64,000 bases of DNA, taken from assembly GCF_056712565.1 (NCBI RefSeq), contig NZ_CM160072.1; one strand, written 5' to 3'. The stretch's first letter is position 1. Each line of letters opens with the position of its first letter. Below, in pieces: positions 33,109 through 44,476 of the stretch. The notes beneath the pieces were generated by a model, which saw only the letters and a program-made list of their open reading frames with translations, searched no databases and was not told the DNA's origin. A program made the position numbers and the translations under genes.

Positions 33109-34014
33109 ATGAGCATGTCTCATATCAATTACAACCACTTGTATTACTTCTGGCATGTCTACAAAGAAGGTTCTGTGGTTGGCGCAGCGGAGGCGCTTTA
33201 TTTAACACCACAAACCATTACCGGGCAGATCCGGGCGCTGGAAGAGCGCCTGCAAGGGAAACTATTTAAGCGTAAAGGACGTGGTCTGGAACCCAGCGAA
33301 CTGGGGGAACTGGTCTATCGCTATGCCGATAAAATGTTCACCTTAAGCCAGGAAATGCTGGATATCGTCAACTATCGCAAAGAGTCCAACTTATTGTTTG
33401 ATGTTGGTGTGGCAGATGCACTTTCCAAACGTCTGGTCAGCAGTGTTCTGGATGCCGCAGTTGTGGAAGACGAGCAGATCCATCTACGCTGTTTCGAATC
33501 GACGCACGAGATGCTTTTAGAGCAGTTGAGTCAGCATAAACTGGATATGATCATCTCTGACTGTCCGATCGATTCCACTCAGCAGGAAGGGCTGTTTTCC
33601 ATGAAAATTGGCGAATGTGGTGTCAGTTTCTGGTGCACTAACCCACTACCAGAAAAGCCGTTTCCTGCCTGTCTTGAAGAGCGTCGTTTACTTATTCCGG
33701 GGCGTCGCTCAATGTTGGGGCGTAAGCTATTAAACTGGTTTAACTCCCAGGGCTTGAACGTCGAAATTTTGGGTGAGTTTGATGATGCTGCGTTGATGAA
33801 AGCCTTTGGGGCGACGCATAACGCTATTTTCGTTGCACCTTCGCTTTACGCTAATGATTTCTATAACGATGACTCGGTTGTGGAGATAGGCCGTGTTGAG
33901 AACGTGATGGAAGAGTACCACGCGATTTTTGCCGAAAGGATGATTCAGCACCCTGCAGTACAGCGTATCTGCAATACAGACTATTCTGCGCTGTTTACTC
34001 CAGCTTCAAAATAA
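33109..34014 (+). CDS. nhaR: LysR-family transcriptional activator NhaR
   Basis: 301-aa protein [40 protein letters not shown]...; start set at the internal Met. Confidence 0.95.
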   Translation: MSMSHINYNHLYYFWHVYKEGSVVGAAEALYLTPQTITGQIRALEERLQGKLFKRKGRGLEPSELGELVYRYADKMFTLSQEMLDIVNYRKESNLLFDVGVADALSKRLVSSVLDAAVVEDEQIHLRCFESTHEMLLEQLSQHKLDMIISDCPIDSTQQEGLFSMKIGECGVSFWCTNPLPEKPFPACLEERRLLIPGRRSMLGRKLLNWFNSQGLNVEILGEFDDAALMKAFGATHNAIFVAPSLYANDFYNDDSVVEIGRVENVMEEYHAIFAERMIQHPAVQRICNTDYSALFTPASK

Positions 34015-34061
34015 ACATTTGTACTTTGCAGGCCGAATTTTGGCCTGCAGATGGATATAAA

Positions 34062-34089
34062 AAAACCCGCCAGAGCGGGTTTTTTTACA
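34062..34089. terminator. Bidirectional terminator between convergent nhaR and rpsT
   Basis: AAAAAAACCCGC-cag-AGCGGGTTTTTTT symmetric hairpin with A-run and T-run flanks. Confidence 0.75.
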
Positions 34090-34109
34090 AAGCTGACAAC
34101 AACAGGCAA

Positions 34110-34394
<285 letters not shown>

Positions 34395-34475
34395 CTATAT
34401 GGACAATTCAAAGGCCGAGGAATATGCCCTTTTAGCCTTCTTTTGTCAATGGATTTGTGCAAATAAGCGCCGTTA

Positions 34476-34694
34476 ATGTGCCGGCACTCGTTACGTAGTG
34501 ATGGCGCAGGATTCTACCAGCTTGCGGGGTGTGAATACAGCTTTTCCGCGAGAAAAATTGCAGCAGGCGGTCAGTTTCTTCCCATGATTTGCGCCATAGC
34601 AATGAAAAGCCACTTCTTTCTGATTTCGGTACTCAATCGCCGGTTAACCTTGACCGCTGTACAAGGTATACTCGGACGATTTTCACTGTTTTGA
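34476..34694 (+). CDS. yaaY: Small uncharacterised protein YaaY
   Basis: 72-aa ORF at the expected position upstream of ribF; coding status is weak. Confidence 0.45.
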   Translation: MCRHSLRSDGAGFYQLAGCEYSFSARKIAAGGQFLPMICAIAMKSHFFLISVLNRRLTLTAVQGILGRFSLF

Positions 34695-34701
34695 GCCAGA
34701 C

Positions 34702-35643
34702 ATGAAGCTGATACGCGGCATACATAATCTCAGCCAGGCCCCGCAAGAAGGGTGTGTGCTGACTATTGGTAATTTCGACGGCGTGCATCGCGGTCATCGC
34801 GCGCTGTTACAGGGCTTGCAGGAAGAAGGGCGCAAGCGCAACTTACCGGTGATGGTGATGCTTTTTGAACCTCAACCACTGGAACTGTTTGCTACTGATA
34901 AAGCCCCGGCACGGCTCACCCGGCTGCGGGAAAAACTGCGTTATCTTGCAGAGTGTGGCGTTGATTACGTGCTGTGCGTGCGTTTTGACAGGCGTTTTGC
35001 GGCGTTAACCGCGCAAAACTTCATCAGTGATCTTCTGGTGAAGCACTTGCGGGTAAAATTTCTTGCCGTAGGTGACGATTTCCGCTTTGGCGCTGGTCGT
35101 GAAGGCGATTTCTTGTTATTACAGAAAGCGGGCATGGAATACGGCTTCGATATCACCAGCACGCAAACTTTTTGCGAAGGTGGCGTGCGTATCAGCAGCA
35201 CCGCCGTGCGTCAGGCGCTTGCGGATGACAATCTGGCTCTGGCAGAAAGTTTACTGGGGCACCCGTTTGCCATCTCCGGGCGTGTAGTCCACGGTGATGA
35301 ATTAGGGCGCACTATAGGTTTCCCGACGGCGAATGTACCGCTACGCCGTCAGGTTTCCCCGGTGAAAGGGGTTTATGCGGTAGAAGTGTTGGGCCTTGGC
35401 GAAAAGCCGTTACCCGGCGTTGCAAACATCGGAACACGCCCAACGGTTGCCGGTATTCGCCAGCAACTGGAAGTGCATTTGTTAGATGTTGCAATGGACC
35501 TTTATGGTCGCCATATACAAGTAGTGCTGCGTAAAAAAATACGCAATGAGCAGCGATTTGCATCGCTGGACGAACTGAAAGCGCAGATTGCGCGTGATGA
35601 ATTAACCGCCCGCGAATTTTTTGGGCTAACAAAACCGGCTTAA
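34702..35643 (+). CDS. ribF: Bifunctional riboflavin kinase / FMN adenylyltransferase
   Basis: 313-aa ORF MKLIRGIHNLSQAPQEGCVLTIGNFDGVHRGHRALL... Confidence 0.97.
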   Translation: MKLIRGIHNLSQAPQEGCVLTIGNFDGVHRGHRALLQGLQEEGRKRNLPVMVMLFEPQPLELFATDKAPARLTRLREKLRYLAECGVDYVLCVRFDRRFAALTAQNFISDLLVKHLRVKFLAVGDDFRFGAGREGDFLLLQKAGMEYGFDITSTQTFCEGGVRISSTAVRQALADDNLALAESLLGHPFAISGRVVHGDELGRTIGFPTANVPLRRQVSPVKGVYAVEVLGLGEKPLPGVANIGTRPTVAGIRQQLEVHLLDVAMDLYGRHIQVVLRKKIRNEQRFASLDELKAQIARDELTAREFFGLTKPA

Positions 35644-35685
35644 GCCTGTTATGTAATCAAACCGAAATACGGAACCGAGAATCTG

Positions 35686-38502
35686 ATGAGTGACTATAAA
35701 TCAACCCTGAATTTGCCGGAAACAGGGTTCCCGATGCGTGGCGATCTCGCCAAGCGCGAACCGGGAATGCTGGCGCGTTGGACTGATGATGATCTGTACG
35801 GCATCATTCGTGCAGCTAAAAAAGGCAAAAAAACCTTCATTCTGCATGATGGCCCTCCTTATGCGAATGGCAGTATTCATATTGGTCACTCGGTTAACAA
35901 GATTCTGAAAGACATTATCATTAAGTCCAAAGGGCTTTCTGGATATGACTCGCCGTATGTGCCTGGCTGGGACTGTCATGGTCTGCCAATCGAGCTGAAA
36001 GTAGAGCAAGAATACGGTAAGCCGGGGGAGAAATTCACCGCCGCTGAGTTCCGCGCCAAGTGCCGCGAATACGCTGCGACCCAGGTTGACGGTCAGCGCA
36101 AAGACTTTATCCGTCTGGGCGTGCTGGGCGACTGGTCGCACCCGTACCTGACCATGGACTTCAAAACTGAAGCCAACATCATCCGCGCGCTGGGCAAAAT
36201 CATCGGCAACGGTCACCTGCACAAAGGCGCGAAGCCGGTGCACTGGTGCGTTGACTGCCGTTCTGCACTGGCAGAAGCGGAAGTTGAGTATTACGACAAA
36301 ACTTCTCCGTCCATCGACGTCGCTTTCCTGGCGGTCGATCAGGATGCGCTTAAAACGAAATTTGGCGTAAGCAATGTTAACGGCCCAATTTCGCTGGTTA
36401 TATGGACCACCACGCCGTGGACGCTGCCTGCTAACCGCGCAATCTCCATTGCACCTGATTTTGATTATGCGCTGGTGCAAATCGACGGTCAGGCCGTGAT
36501 CCTCGCGAAAGATCTGGTTGAAAGCGTAATGCAGCGTATCGGCGTTAGCGATTACACCATTCTTGGCACGGTGAAAGGTGCCGAGCTGGAACTGTTGCGC
36601 TTTACCCATCCGTTTATGGACTTCGATGTTCCGGCAATTCTCGGCGACCACGTTACGCTGGATGCCGGTACCGGTGCCGTTCATACCGCGCCAGGCCACG
36701 GTCCGGACGACTATGTGATCGGTCAAAAATATGGTCTGGAAACCGCTAACCCGGTTGGCCCGGACGGCACTTATCTGCCGGGTACTTACCCGACTCTGGA
36801 TGGCGTTAACGTCTTCAAAGCGAACGATATTGTCATTGCGTTGTTGCAGGAAAAAGGCGCACTGTTGCACGTTGAGAAAATGCAACACAGCTATCCGTGC
36901 TGCTGGCGTCATAAAACGCCGATCATCTTCCGCGCGACGCCGCAGTGGTTCGTCAGCATGGATCAGAAAGGTCTGCGTGCGCAGTCACTGAAAGAGATCA
37001 AAGGCGTGCAGTGGATCCCTGACTGGGGCCAGGCGCGTATCGAGTCGATGGTTGCTAACCGTCCTGACTGGTGTATCTCTCGTCAGCGTACCTGGGGCGT
37101 GCCGATGTCACTGTTCGTGCACAAAGACACAGAAGAACTGCATCCGCGTACTCTCGAACTGATGGAAGAAGTGGCAAAACGCGTTGAAGTTGACGGCATT
37201 CAGGCGTGGTGGGATCTCGATGCGAAAGAGATCCTCGGCGACGAAGCTGACCAGTATGTGAAAGTACCGGATACGCTGGATGTATGGTTTGACTCCGGAT
37301 CTACCCACTCTTCCGTTGTTGATGTGCGTCCGGAATTTGCCGGTCACGCAGCGGACATGTATCTGGAAGGTTCTGACCAACACCGTGGCTGGTTCATGTC
37401 TTCCCTGATGATCTCTACCGCGATGAAGGGCAAAGCGCCATATCGTCAGGTACTGACTCACGGCTTTACCGTGGATGGTCAGGGTCGCAAGATGTCTAAA
37501 TCCATCGGTAACACCGTTTCGCCGCAGGATGTGATGAACAAACTGGGTGCGGATATTCTGCGTCTGTGGGTGGCATCAACCGACTACACTGGCGAAATGG
37601 CCGTTTCTGACGAGATCCTGAAACGTGCTGCCGACAGCTATCGTCGTATCCGTAACACCGCGCGCTTCCTGCTGGCAAACCTGAACGGTTTTGATCCGGC
37701 AAAAGATATGGTGAAACCGGAAGAGATGGTGGTACTGGATCGCTGGGCCGTAGGTTGTGCGAAAGCGGCACAGGAAGACATCCTCAAAGCGTACGAAGCA
37801 TACGATTTCCACGAAGTGGTACAGCGTCTGATGCGCTTCTGCTCCGTTGAGATGGGGTCCTTCTACCTCGACATCATCAAAGACCGTCAGTATACCGCCA
37901 AAGCGGACAGCGTGGCGCGTCGTAGCTGCCAGACTGCGCTGTATCACATCGCAGAAGCGCTGGTTCGCTGGATGGCACCAATCCTCTCCTTCACCGCTGA
38001 TGAAGTGTGGGGTTACCTGCCGGGCGAACGTGAAAAATACGTCTTCACCGGCGAGTGGTACGAAGGCCTGTTTGGTCTGGCAGACAGTGAAGCAATGAAC
38101 GATGCGTTCTGGGACGAGCTGTTGAAAGTGCGTGGCGAAGTGAACAAAGTCATTGAGCAAGCGCGTGCCGATAAGAAAGTGGGCGGCTCGCTGGAAGCGG
38201 CAGTAACCTTGTATGCAGAACCGGAACTGGCGGCGAAACTGACCGCGCTGGGCGATGAATTACGATTTGTCCTGTTGACCTCCGGCGCTACCGTTGCAGA
38301 CTATAACGACGCACCTGCTGATGCCCAGCAGAGCGAAGTCCTCAAAGGGCTGAAAGTCGCGTTGAGTAAAGCCGAAGGTGAGAAGTGCCCTCGCTGCTGG
38401 CACTACACCCAGGATGTCGGCAAGGTGGCGGAACACGCAGAAATCTGCGGCCGCTGTGTCAGCAACGTCGCCGGTGACGGTGAAAAACGTAAGTTTGCCT
38501 GA
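35686..38502 (+). CDS. ileS: Isoleucyl-tRNA synthetase
   Basis: 938-aa ORF with class I HIGH ([11 protein letters not shown]) and KMSKS motifs and C-terminal zinc-binding cysteines. Confidence 0.99.
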
Positions 38503-38996
38503 TGAGTCAATCGATCTGTTCAACAGGGCTACGCTGGCTGTGGCTGGTGGTAGTCGTGCTGATTATCGATCTGGGCAGCAAATACCTGATCCTCCAGAAC
38601 TTTGCTCTGGGGGATACGGTCCCGCTGTTCCCGTCGCTTAATCTGCATTATGCGCGTAACTATGGCGCAGCGTTTAGTTTCCTTGCCGATAGCGGCGGCT
38701 GGCAGCGTTGGTTCTTTGCCGGTATTGCGATTGGTATTAGCGTGATCCTGGCAGTGATGATGTATCGCTCGAAGGCCACGCAGAAGCTAAACAATATCGC
38801 TTACGCGCTGATTATTGGCGGCGCACTGGGCAACCTGTTCGACCGCCTGTGGCACGGCTTCGTTGTCGATATGATCGACTTCTATGTCGGCGACTGGCAC
38901 TTCGCCACCTTCAACCTTGCCGATACTGCCATTTGTGTCGGTGCGGCACTGATTGTGCTGGAAGGTTTTTTACCTTCTAAAGCGAAAAAACAATAA
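38502..38996 (+). CDS. lspA: Lipoprotein signal peptidase (signal peptidase II)
   Basis: 164-aa membrane [27 protein letters not shown]...; start overlaps the ileS stop. Confidence 0.97.
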
Positions 38997-39002
38997 TAAA
39001 CC

Positions 39003-39075
39003 CTGCCGGATGCGATGCTGACGCATCTTATCCGGCCTACAGATTGCTGCGAAATCGTAGGCCGCATCCGGCAAA
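39003..39075. repeat. REP element pair downstream of lspA
   Basis: CTGCCGGATGCGATGCTGACGCATCTTATCCGGCCTAC and GTAGGCCGCATCCGGCA palindromic units. Confidence 0.7.
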
Positions 39076-39103
39076 AATCCTCAAAATATAAGAGCAAACC
39101 TGC

Positions 39104-39553
39104 ATGTCTGAATCTGTACAGAGCAATAGCGCCGTCCTGGTGCACTTCACGCTGAAACTCGATGATGGCACCACCGCTGAGTCTACCCGCAACAACGGTA
39201 AACCGGCGCTGTTCCGCCTGGGTGATGCTTCTCTTTCTGAAGGGCTGGAGCAACACCTGCTGGGGCTGAAAGTGGGCGATAAAACCACCTTCTCGCTGGA
39301 GCCAGATGCGGCGTTTGGCGTGCCGTCACCGGACCTGATTCAGTACTTCTCCCGCCGTGAATTTATGGATGCAGGCGAGCCAGAAATTGGCGCAATCATG
39401 CTTTTTACCGCAATGGATGGCAGTGAGATGCCTGGCGTGATCCGCGAAATTAACGGCGACTCCATTACCGTTGATTTCAACCATCCGCTGGCCGGGCAGA
39501 CCGTTCATTTTGATATTGAAGTGCTGGAAATCGATCCGGCACTGGAGGCGTAA
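39104..39553 (+). CDS. fkpB: FKBP-type peptidyl-prolyl cis-trans isomerase FkpB (SlpA)
   Basis: 149-aa [32 protein letters not shown]... Confidence 0.95.
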
Positions 39554-39554
39554 C

Positions 39555-40505
39555 ATGCAGATCCTGTTGGCCAACCCGCGTGGTTTTTGTGCCGGGGTAG
39601 ACCGCGCTATCAGCATTGTTGAAAACGCGCTGGCCATTTACGGCGCACCGATATATGTCCGTCACGAAGTGGTGCATAACCGCTACGTGGTCGATAGCCT
39701 GCGCGAGCGTGGGGCTATCTTTATTGAGCAGATTAGCGAAGTACCGGACGGCGCGATCCTGATTTTCTCCGCACACGGTGTTTCTCAGGCAGTACGTAAC
39801 GAAGCGAAAAGCCGCGATTTGACGGTGTTTGATGCCACCTGTCCGCTGGTGACCAAAGTGCATATGGAAGTCGCCCGCGCCAGCCGTCGTGGTGAAGAAT
39901 CTATTCTCATCGGTCACGCCGGGCACCCGGAAGTGGAAGGGACGATGGGCCAGTACAGCAACCCGGAAGGGGGAATGTATCTGGTCGAATCGCCAGACGA
40001 TGTGTGGAAACTGACGGTCAAAAACGAAGAGAAGCTCTCCTTTATGACCCAAACCACGCTGTCGGTGGATGACACGTCTGATGTGATCGACGCGCTGCGT
40101 AAACGCTTCCCGAAAATTGTCGGTCCGCGCAAAGATGACATCTGCTACGCCACGACTAACCGTCAGGAAGCGGTACGCGCCCTGGCAGAGCAGGCGGAAG
40201 TAGTACTGGTGGTTGGTTCGAAAAACTCCTCCAACTCCAACCGTCTGGCGGAACTGGCCCAGCGTATGGGCAAGCGCGCGTTTTTGATTGACGATGCGAC
40301 AGATATCCAGGAAGAGTGGGTGAAAGAGGCGAAATGCGTCGGCGTGACTGCTGGCGCATCAGCTCCGGATATTCTGGTACAGAACGTAGTCGCACGTTTA
40401 CAGCAGCTTGGCGGTGGCGAAGCCATTCCGCTGGAAGGTCGTGAAGAAAACATTGTTTTCGAAGTGCCGAAAGAGCTGCGTGTCGATATTCGTGAAGTCG
40501 ATTAA
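39555..40505 (+). CDS. ispH: 4-hydroxy-3-methylbut-2-enyl diphosphate reductase IspH
   Basis: 316-aa protein [23 protein letters not shown]...; ORF-track start at 39471 is inside fkpB, so the ATG at 39555 was used. Confidence 0.97.
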   Translation: MQILLANPRGFCAGVDRAISIVENALAIYGAPIYVRHEVVHNRYVVDSLRERGAIFIEQISEVPDGAILIFSAHGVSQAVRNEAKSRDLTVFDATCPLVTKVHMEVARASRRGEESILIGHAGHPEVEGTMGQYSNPEGGMYLVESPDDVWKLTVKNEEKLSFMTQTTLSVDDTSDVIDALRKRFPKIVGPRKDDICYATTNRQEAVRALAEQAEVVLVVGSKNSSNSNRLAELAQRMGKRAFLIDDATDIQEEWVKEAKCVGVTAGASAPDILVQNVVARLQQLGGGEAIPLEGREENIVFEVPKELRVDIREVD

Positions 40506-40531
40506 GTCATTAGCAGCCTAAGTTATGCGAA

Positions 40532-40560
40532 AATGCCGGTCTTGTTACCGGCATTTTTTA
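40532..40560 (+). terminator. Rho-independent terminator after ispH
   Basis: AATGCCGGT-cttgtt-ACCGGCATT followed by TTTTT. Confidence 0.75.
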
Positions 40561-40570
40561 TGGAGAAAAC

Positions 40571-41485
40571 ATGCGTTTACCTATCTTCCTCGATACAGAC
40601 CCCGGCATTGACGATGCCGTTGCCATTGCCGCCGCGATTTTTGCCCCCGAACTCGATCTGCAACTGATGACCACTGTCGCGGGTAATGTTTCGGTAGAGA
40701 AAACCACCCGCAACGCCCTGCAACTGCTGCATTTCTGGAATGTGGATATTCCGCTTGCCCAGGGCGCTGCCGTACCACTGGTTCGTGCGCCGCGCGATGC
40801 GGCATCTGTACACGGTGAATCGGGAATGGCTGGCTATGACTTTGTTGAACACAACCGTCAGCCACTGGGTATACCGGCGTTTCTGGCAATTCGTGATGCC
40901 CTGATGCGTGCGCCAGAGCCCGTTACCCTGGTGGCCATCGGCCCGTTAACCAATATTGCGCTGTTACTTTCACAATGCCCGGAATGTAAGCCGTATATTC
41001 GCCGTCTGGTGATCATGGGCGGTTCTGCTGGTCGCGGCAACTGCACACCAAACGCCGAGTTTAATATCGCTGCCGATCCAGAAGCGGCAGCCTGTGTCTT
41101 CCGTAGCGGCATCGAAATCGTCATGTGCGGTCTGGATGTCACCAATCAGGCAATATTAACCCCTGACTATCTCGCTACTTTGCCGGAATTGAATCGCACC
41201 GGAAAAATGCTACACGCCCTGTTTAGCCACTACCGTAGCGGCAGTATGCAAAGTGGACTACGTATGCACGATCTTTGCGCTATCGCCTGGCTGGTGCGCC
41301 CGGAATTGTTCACTCTCAAACCGTGTTTTGTCGCGGTAGAAACTCAGGGTGAATTTACCTCAGGCACGACGGTTGTTGATATCGACGGTTGCCTGGGCAA
41401 ACCAGCCAATGTACAGGTGGCGCTGGATCTGGATGTGAAAGGCTTCCAGCAATGGGTGGCTGAGGTGCTGGCCCTGGCGCTCTAA
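40571..41485 (+). CDS. rihC: Non-specific ribonucleoside hydrolase RihC
   Basis: 304-aa [27 protein letters not shown]... with the nucleoside hydrolase DTDPGIDD motif. Confidence 0.96.
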   Translation: MRLPIFLDTDPGIDDAVAIAAAIFAPELDLQLMTTVAGNVSVEKTTRNALQLLHFWNVDIPLAQGAAVPLVRAPRDAASVHGESGMAGYDFVEHNRQPLGIPAFLAIRDALMRAPEPVTLVAIGPLTNIALLLSQCPECKPYIRRLVIMGGSAGRGNCTPNAEFNIAADPEAAACVFRSGIEIVMCGLDVTNQAILTPDYLATLPELNRTGKMLHALFSHYRSGSMQSGLRMHDLCAIAWLVRPELFTLKPCFVAVETQGEFTSGTTVVDIDGCLGKPANVQVALDLDVKGFQQWVAEVLALAL

Positions 41486-41507
41486 TAATAAAACAAGGAA
41501 GTGTTCT

Positions 41508-41873
41508 ATGACGTATGGAGAAGCGTATCTGGAAGGGTGGAAAAACATCTTTAATTATGAAGGTGTTTCCAATCGCTTCGAGTTCTGGTCGTTTATGATT
41601 GGTAGTGGCGTTATCTGTCTGCTTCCGCTTTTATGTTGGTGGTTAGCGGTAACAATTAACAATGACTATGGTGTTTTCATTTTTTTTGCGCTGCCCGCGT
41701 CATTTATTTTAACGTTGATTTTTGCCATACCGGCGATAGCGTTAGCCGTCAGAAGGATGCACGATATCGGATATTCAGGGTGGTGGGTTACCATTGTCGT
41801 GTTGATCCCTGTTACGGGCGTAATTCTGCTTATACTGTGCTGCCTGCCGTCAAAGTCACAAGACCAGGCATAA
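41508..41873 (+). CDS. DUF805-family small inner-membrane protein
   Basis: 121-aa ORF with SD (AAGGAAG); DUF805 hallmarks RFEFWSF and RRMHDIGYSGWW plus three hydrophobic segments. Confidence 0.7.
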   Translation: MTYGEAYLEGWKNIFNYEGVSNRFEFWSFMIGSGVICLLPLLCWWLAVTINNDYGVFIFFALPASFILTLIFAIPAIALAVRRMHDIGYSGWWVTIVVLIPVTGVILLILCCLPSKSQDQA

Positions 41874-42018
41874 TGACAGAGGGTATGACGCATCACTTTC
41901 TGCGTCATGCCTTTCACTGATATCCCTCCCTGTTTATCATTAATTTCTAATTATCAGCGTTTTTGGCTGGCGGCGTAGCGATGCGCTGGTTACTCTGAAA
42001 ACGGTCTATGCAAATTAA

Positions 42019-42855
<837 letters not shown>

Positions 42856-43018
42856 CCACAAGATATTTATGGTGATGCAAAAACAACACATTTAATTCGT
42901 TGAATATAAAGGGCTTTAATTTTTGGCCCTTTTATTTTTAGTGTTATGCTTTTAAATCTAATGCAAATGCTGAAAATTACATGTTTTGTATTCTGTTTTT
43001 GTTGTTTTAATGTAAATT

Positions 43019-43034
43019 TTGACCATTTGGTCCA
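43019..43034 (+). promoter_or_regulatory. Putative RutR box upstream of carAB P1
   Basis: TTGACCAtttGGTCCA resembles the RutR consensus TTGACCAnnTGGTCAA; RutR is known to bind upstream of carAB. Confidence 0.5.
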
Positions 43035-43073
43035 CTTTTTTCTGCTCATTTTGATTTCATGCAATCTTCTTGC

Positions 43074-43090
43074 TGCGCAAGCGTTTTCCA
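43074..43090 (+). promoter_or_regulatory. Putative PurR box in the carAB P1 region
   Basis: GCGCAAGCGTTTTCC matches about 11 of 16 positions of the PUR box consensus ACGCAAACGTTTGCGT. Confidence 0.35.
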
Positions 43091-43261
43091 GAACATGTTA
43101 TATGATCTTTTTGTCGCTTAATGCCTGTAAAACATGCATGAGCCACAAAATAATATAAAAAATCCCGCCATTAAGTTGACTTTTAGCTCCCATATCTCCA
43201 GAATGCCGCCGTTTGCCAGAAATTCGTCGGTAAGCAGATTTGCATTGATTTACGTCATCAT

Positions 43262-43300
43262 TGTGAATTAATATGCAAATAAAGTGAGTGAATATTCTCT
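43262..43300 (+). promoter_or_regulatory. Tandem ARG boxes (ArgR operator) overlapping carAB P2
   Basis: TGTGAATTAATATGCA and GTGAATATTCTCT resemble ArgR half-site pairs (TGAAT...ATTCA) immediately upstream of the carA start. Confidence 0.55.
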
Positions 43301-43310
43301 GGAGGGTGTT

Positions 43311-44459
43311 TTGATTAAGTCAGCGCTATTGGTTCTGGAAGACGGAACCCAGTTTCACGGTCGGGCCATAGGGGCAACAGGTTCGGCGGTTGGGGAAGTC
43401 GTTTTCAATACTTCAATGACCGGTTATCAAGAAATCCTCACTGATCCTTCCTATTCTCGTCAAATCGTTACTCTTACTTATCCCCATATTGGCAATGTCG
43501 GCACTAATGACGCCGATGAAGAATCTTCTCAGGTTCATGCCCAAGGTCTGGTGATTCGCGACCTGCCGCTGATTGCCAGCAACTTCCGTAATACCGAAGA
43601 CCTCTCTTCTTACCTGAAGCGCCATAACATCGTGGCGATTGCCGATATCGATACCCGTAAGCTGACGCGTTTACTGCGTGAGAAAGGTGCTCAGAATGGC
43701 TGCATTATCGCAGGCGATAACCCGGATGCGGCGCTGGCATTAGAAAAAGCCCGCGCGTTCCCAGGTCTGAACGGCATGGATCTGGCAAAAGAAGTAACCA
43801 CCGCAGAACCCTATAGCTGGACACAAGGGAGCTGGACACTGACCGGCGGCCTGCCAGAAGCGAAAAAAGAAGACGAGCTGCCGTACCACGTCGTGGCCTA
43901 CGATTTCGGTGCCAAGCGCAACATCCTGCGTATGCTGGTGGATAGAGGCTGTCGCCTGACCATCGTTCCGGCGCAAACTTCTGCGGAAGATGTGCTGAAA
44001 ATGAATCCGGACGGCATCTTCCTCTCCAACGGTCCTGGCGACCCGGCCCCGTGCGATTACGCCATTACCGCTATCCAGAAATTCCTCGAAACTGATATTC
44101 CGGTATTCGGCATCTGCCTCGGTCATCAGCTGCTGGCGCTGGCGAGCGGTGCGAAGACTGTCAAAATGAAATTTGGTCACCACGGCGGCAACCATCCGGT
44201 TAAAGATGTTGAGAAAAATGTGGTGATGATCACCGCCCAGAACCACGGTTTTGCGGTGGATGAAGCAACATTACCTGCAAACCTGCGTGTCACACATAAA
44301 TCCCTGTTCGACGGTACGTTACAGGGCATTCATCGTACCGATAAACCGGCGTTCAGCTTCCAGGGACACCCGGAAGCCAGCCCTGGTCCACACGACGCCG
44401 CGCCGTTGTTTGACCACTTTATCGCGTTAATTGAGCAGTACCGTAAAACCGCTAAGTAA
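43311..44459 (+). CDS. carA: Carbamoyl-phosphate synthase small (glutaminase) subunit
   Basis: 382-aa protein (L/M)[21 protein letters not shown]...; TTG start at 43311 preceded by GGAGGG SD (ORF track begins at an upstream in-frame GTG). Triad region GICLGHQ present. Confidence 0.95.
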   Translation: MIKSALLVLEDGTQFHGRAIGATGSAVGEVVFNTSMTGYQEILTDPSYSRQIVTLTYPHIGNVGTNDADEESSQVHAQGLVIRDLPLIASNFRNTEDLSSYLKRHNIVAIADIDTRKLTRLLREKGAQNGCIIAGDNPDAALALEKARAFPGLNGMDLAKEVTTAEPYSWTQGSWTLTGGLPEAKKEDELPYHVVAYDFGAKRNILRMLVDRGCRLTIVPAQTSAEDVLKMNPDGIFLSNGPGDPAPCDYAITAIQKFLETDIPVFGICLGHQLLALASGAKTVKMKFGHHGGNHPVKDVEKNVVMITAQNHGFAVDEATLPANLRVTHKSLFDGTLQGIHRTDKPAFSFQGHPEASPGPHDAAPLFDHFIALIEQYRKTAK

Positions 44460-44476
44460 TCAGGAGTAAAAGAGCC

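Noticed and set aside
35701-36912. 403-aa minus-strand ORF inside ileS, and a 194-aa one at 37576-38160
   Set aside because: Both are antisense to ileS, which carries HIGH and KMSKS motifs on the plus strand; no independent start signals.
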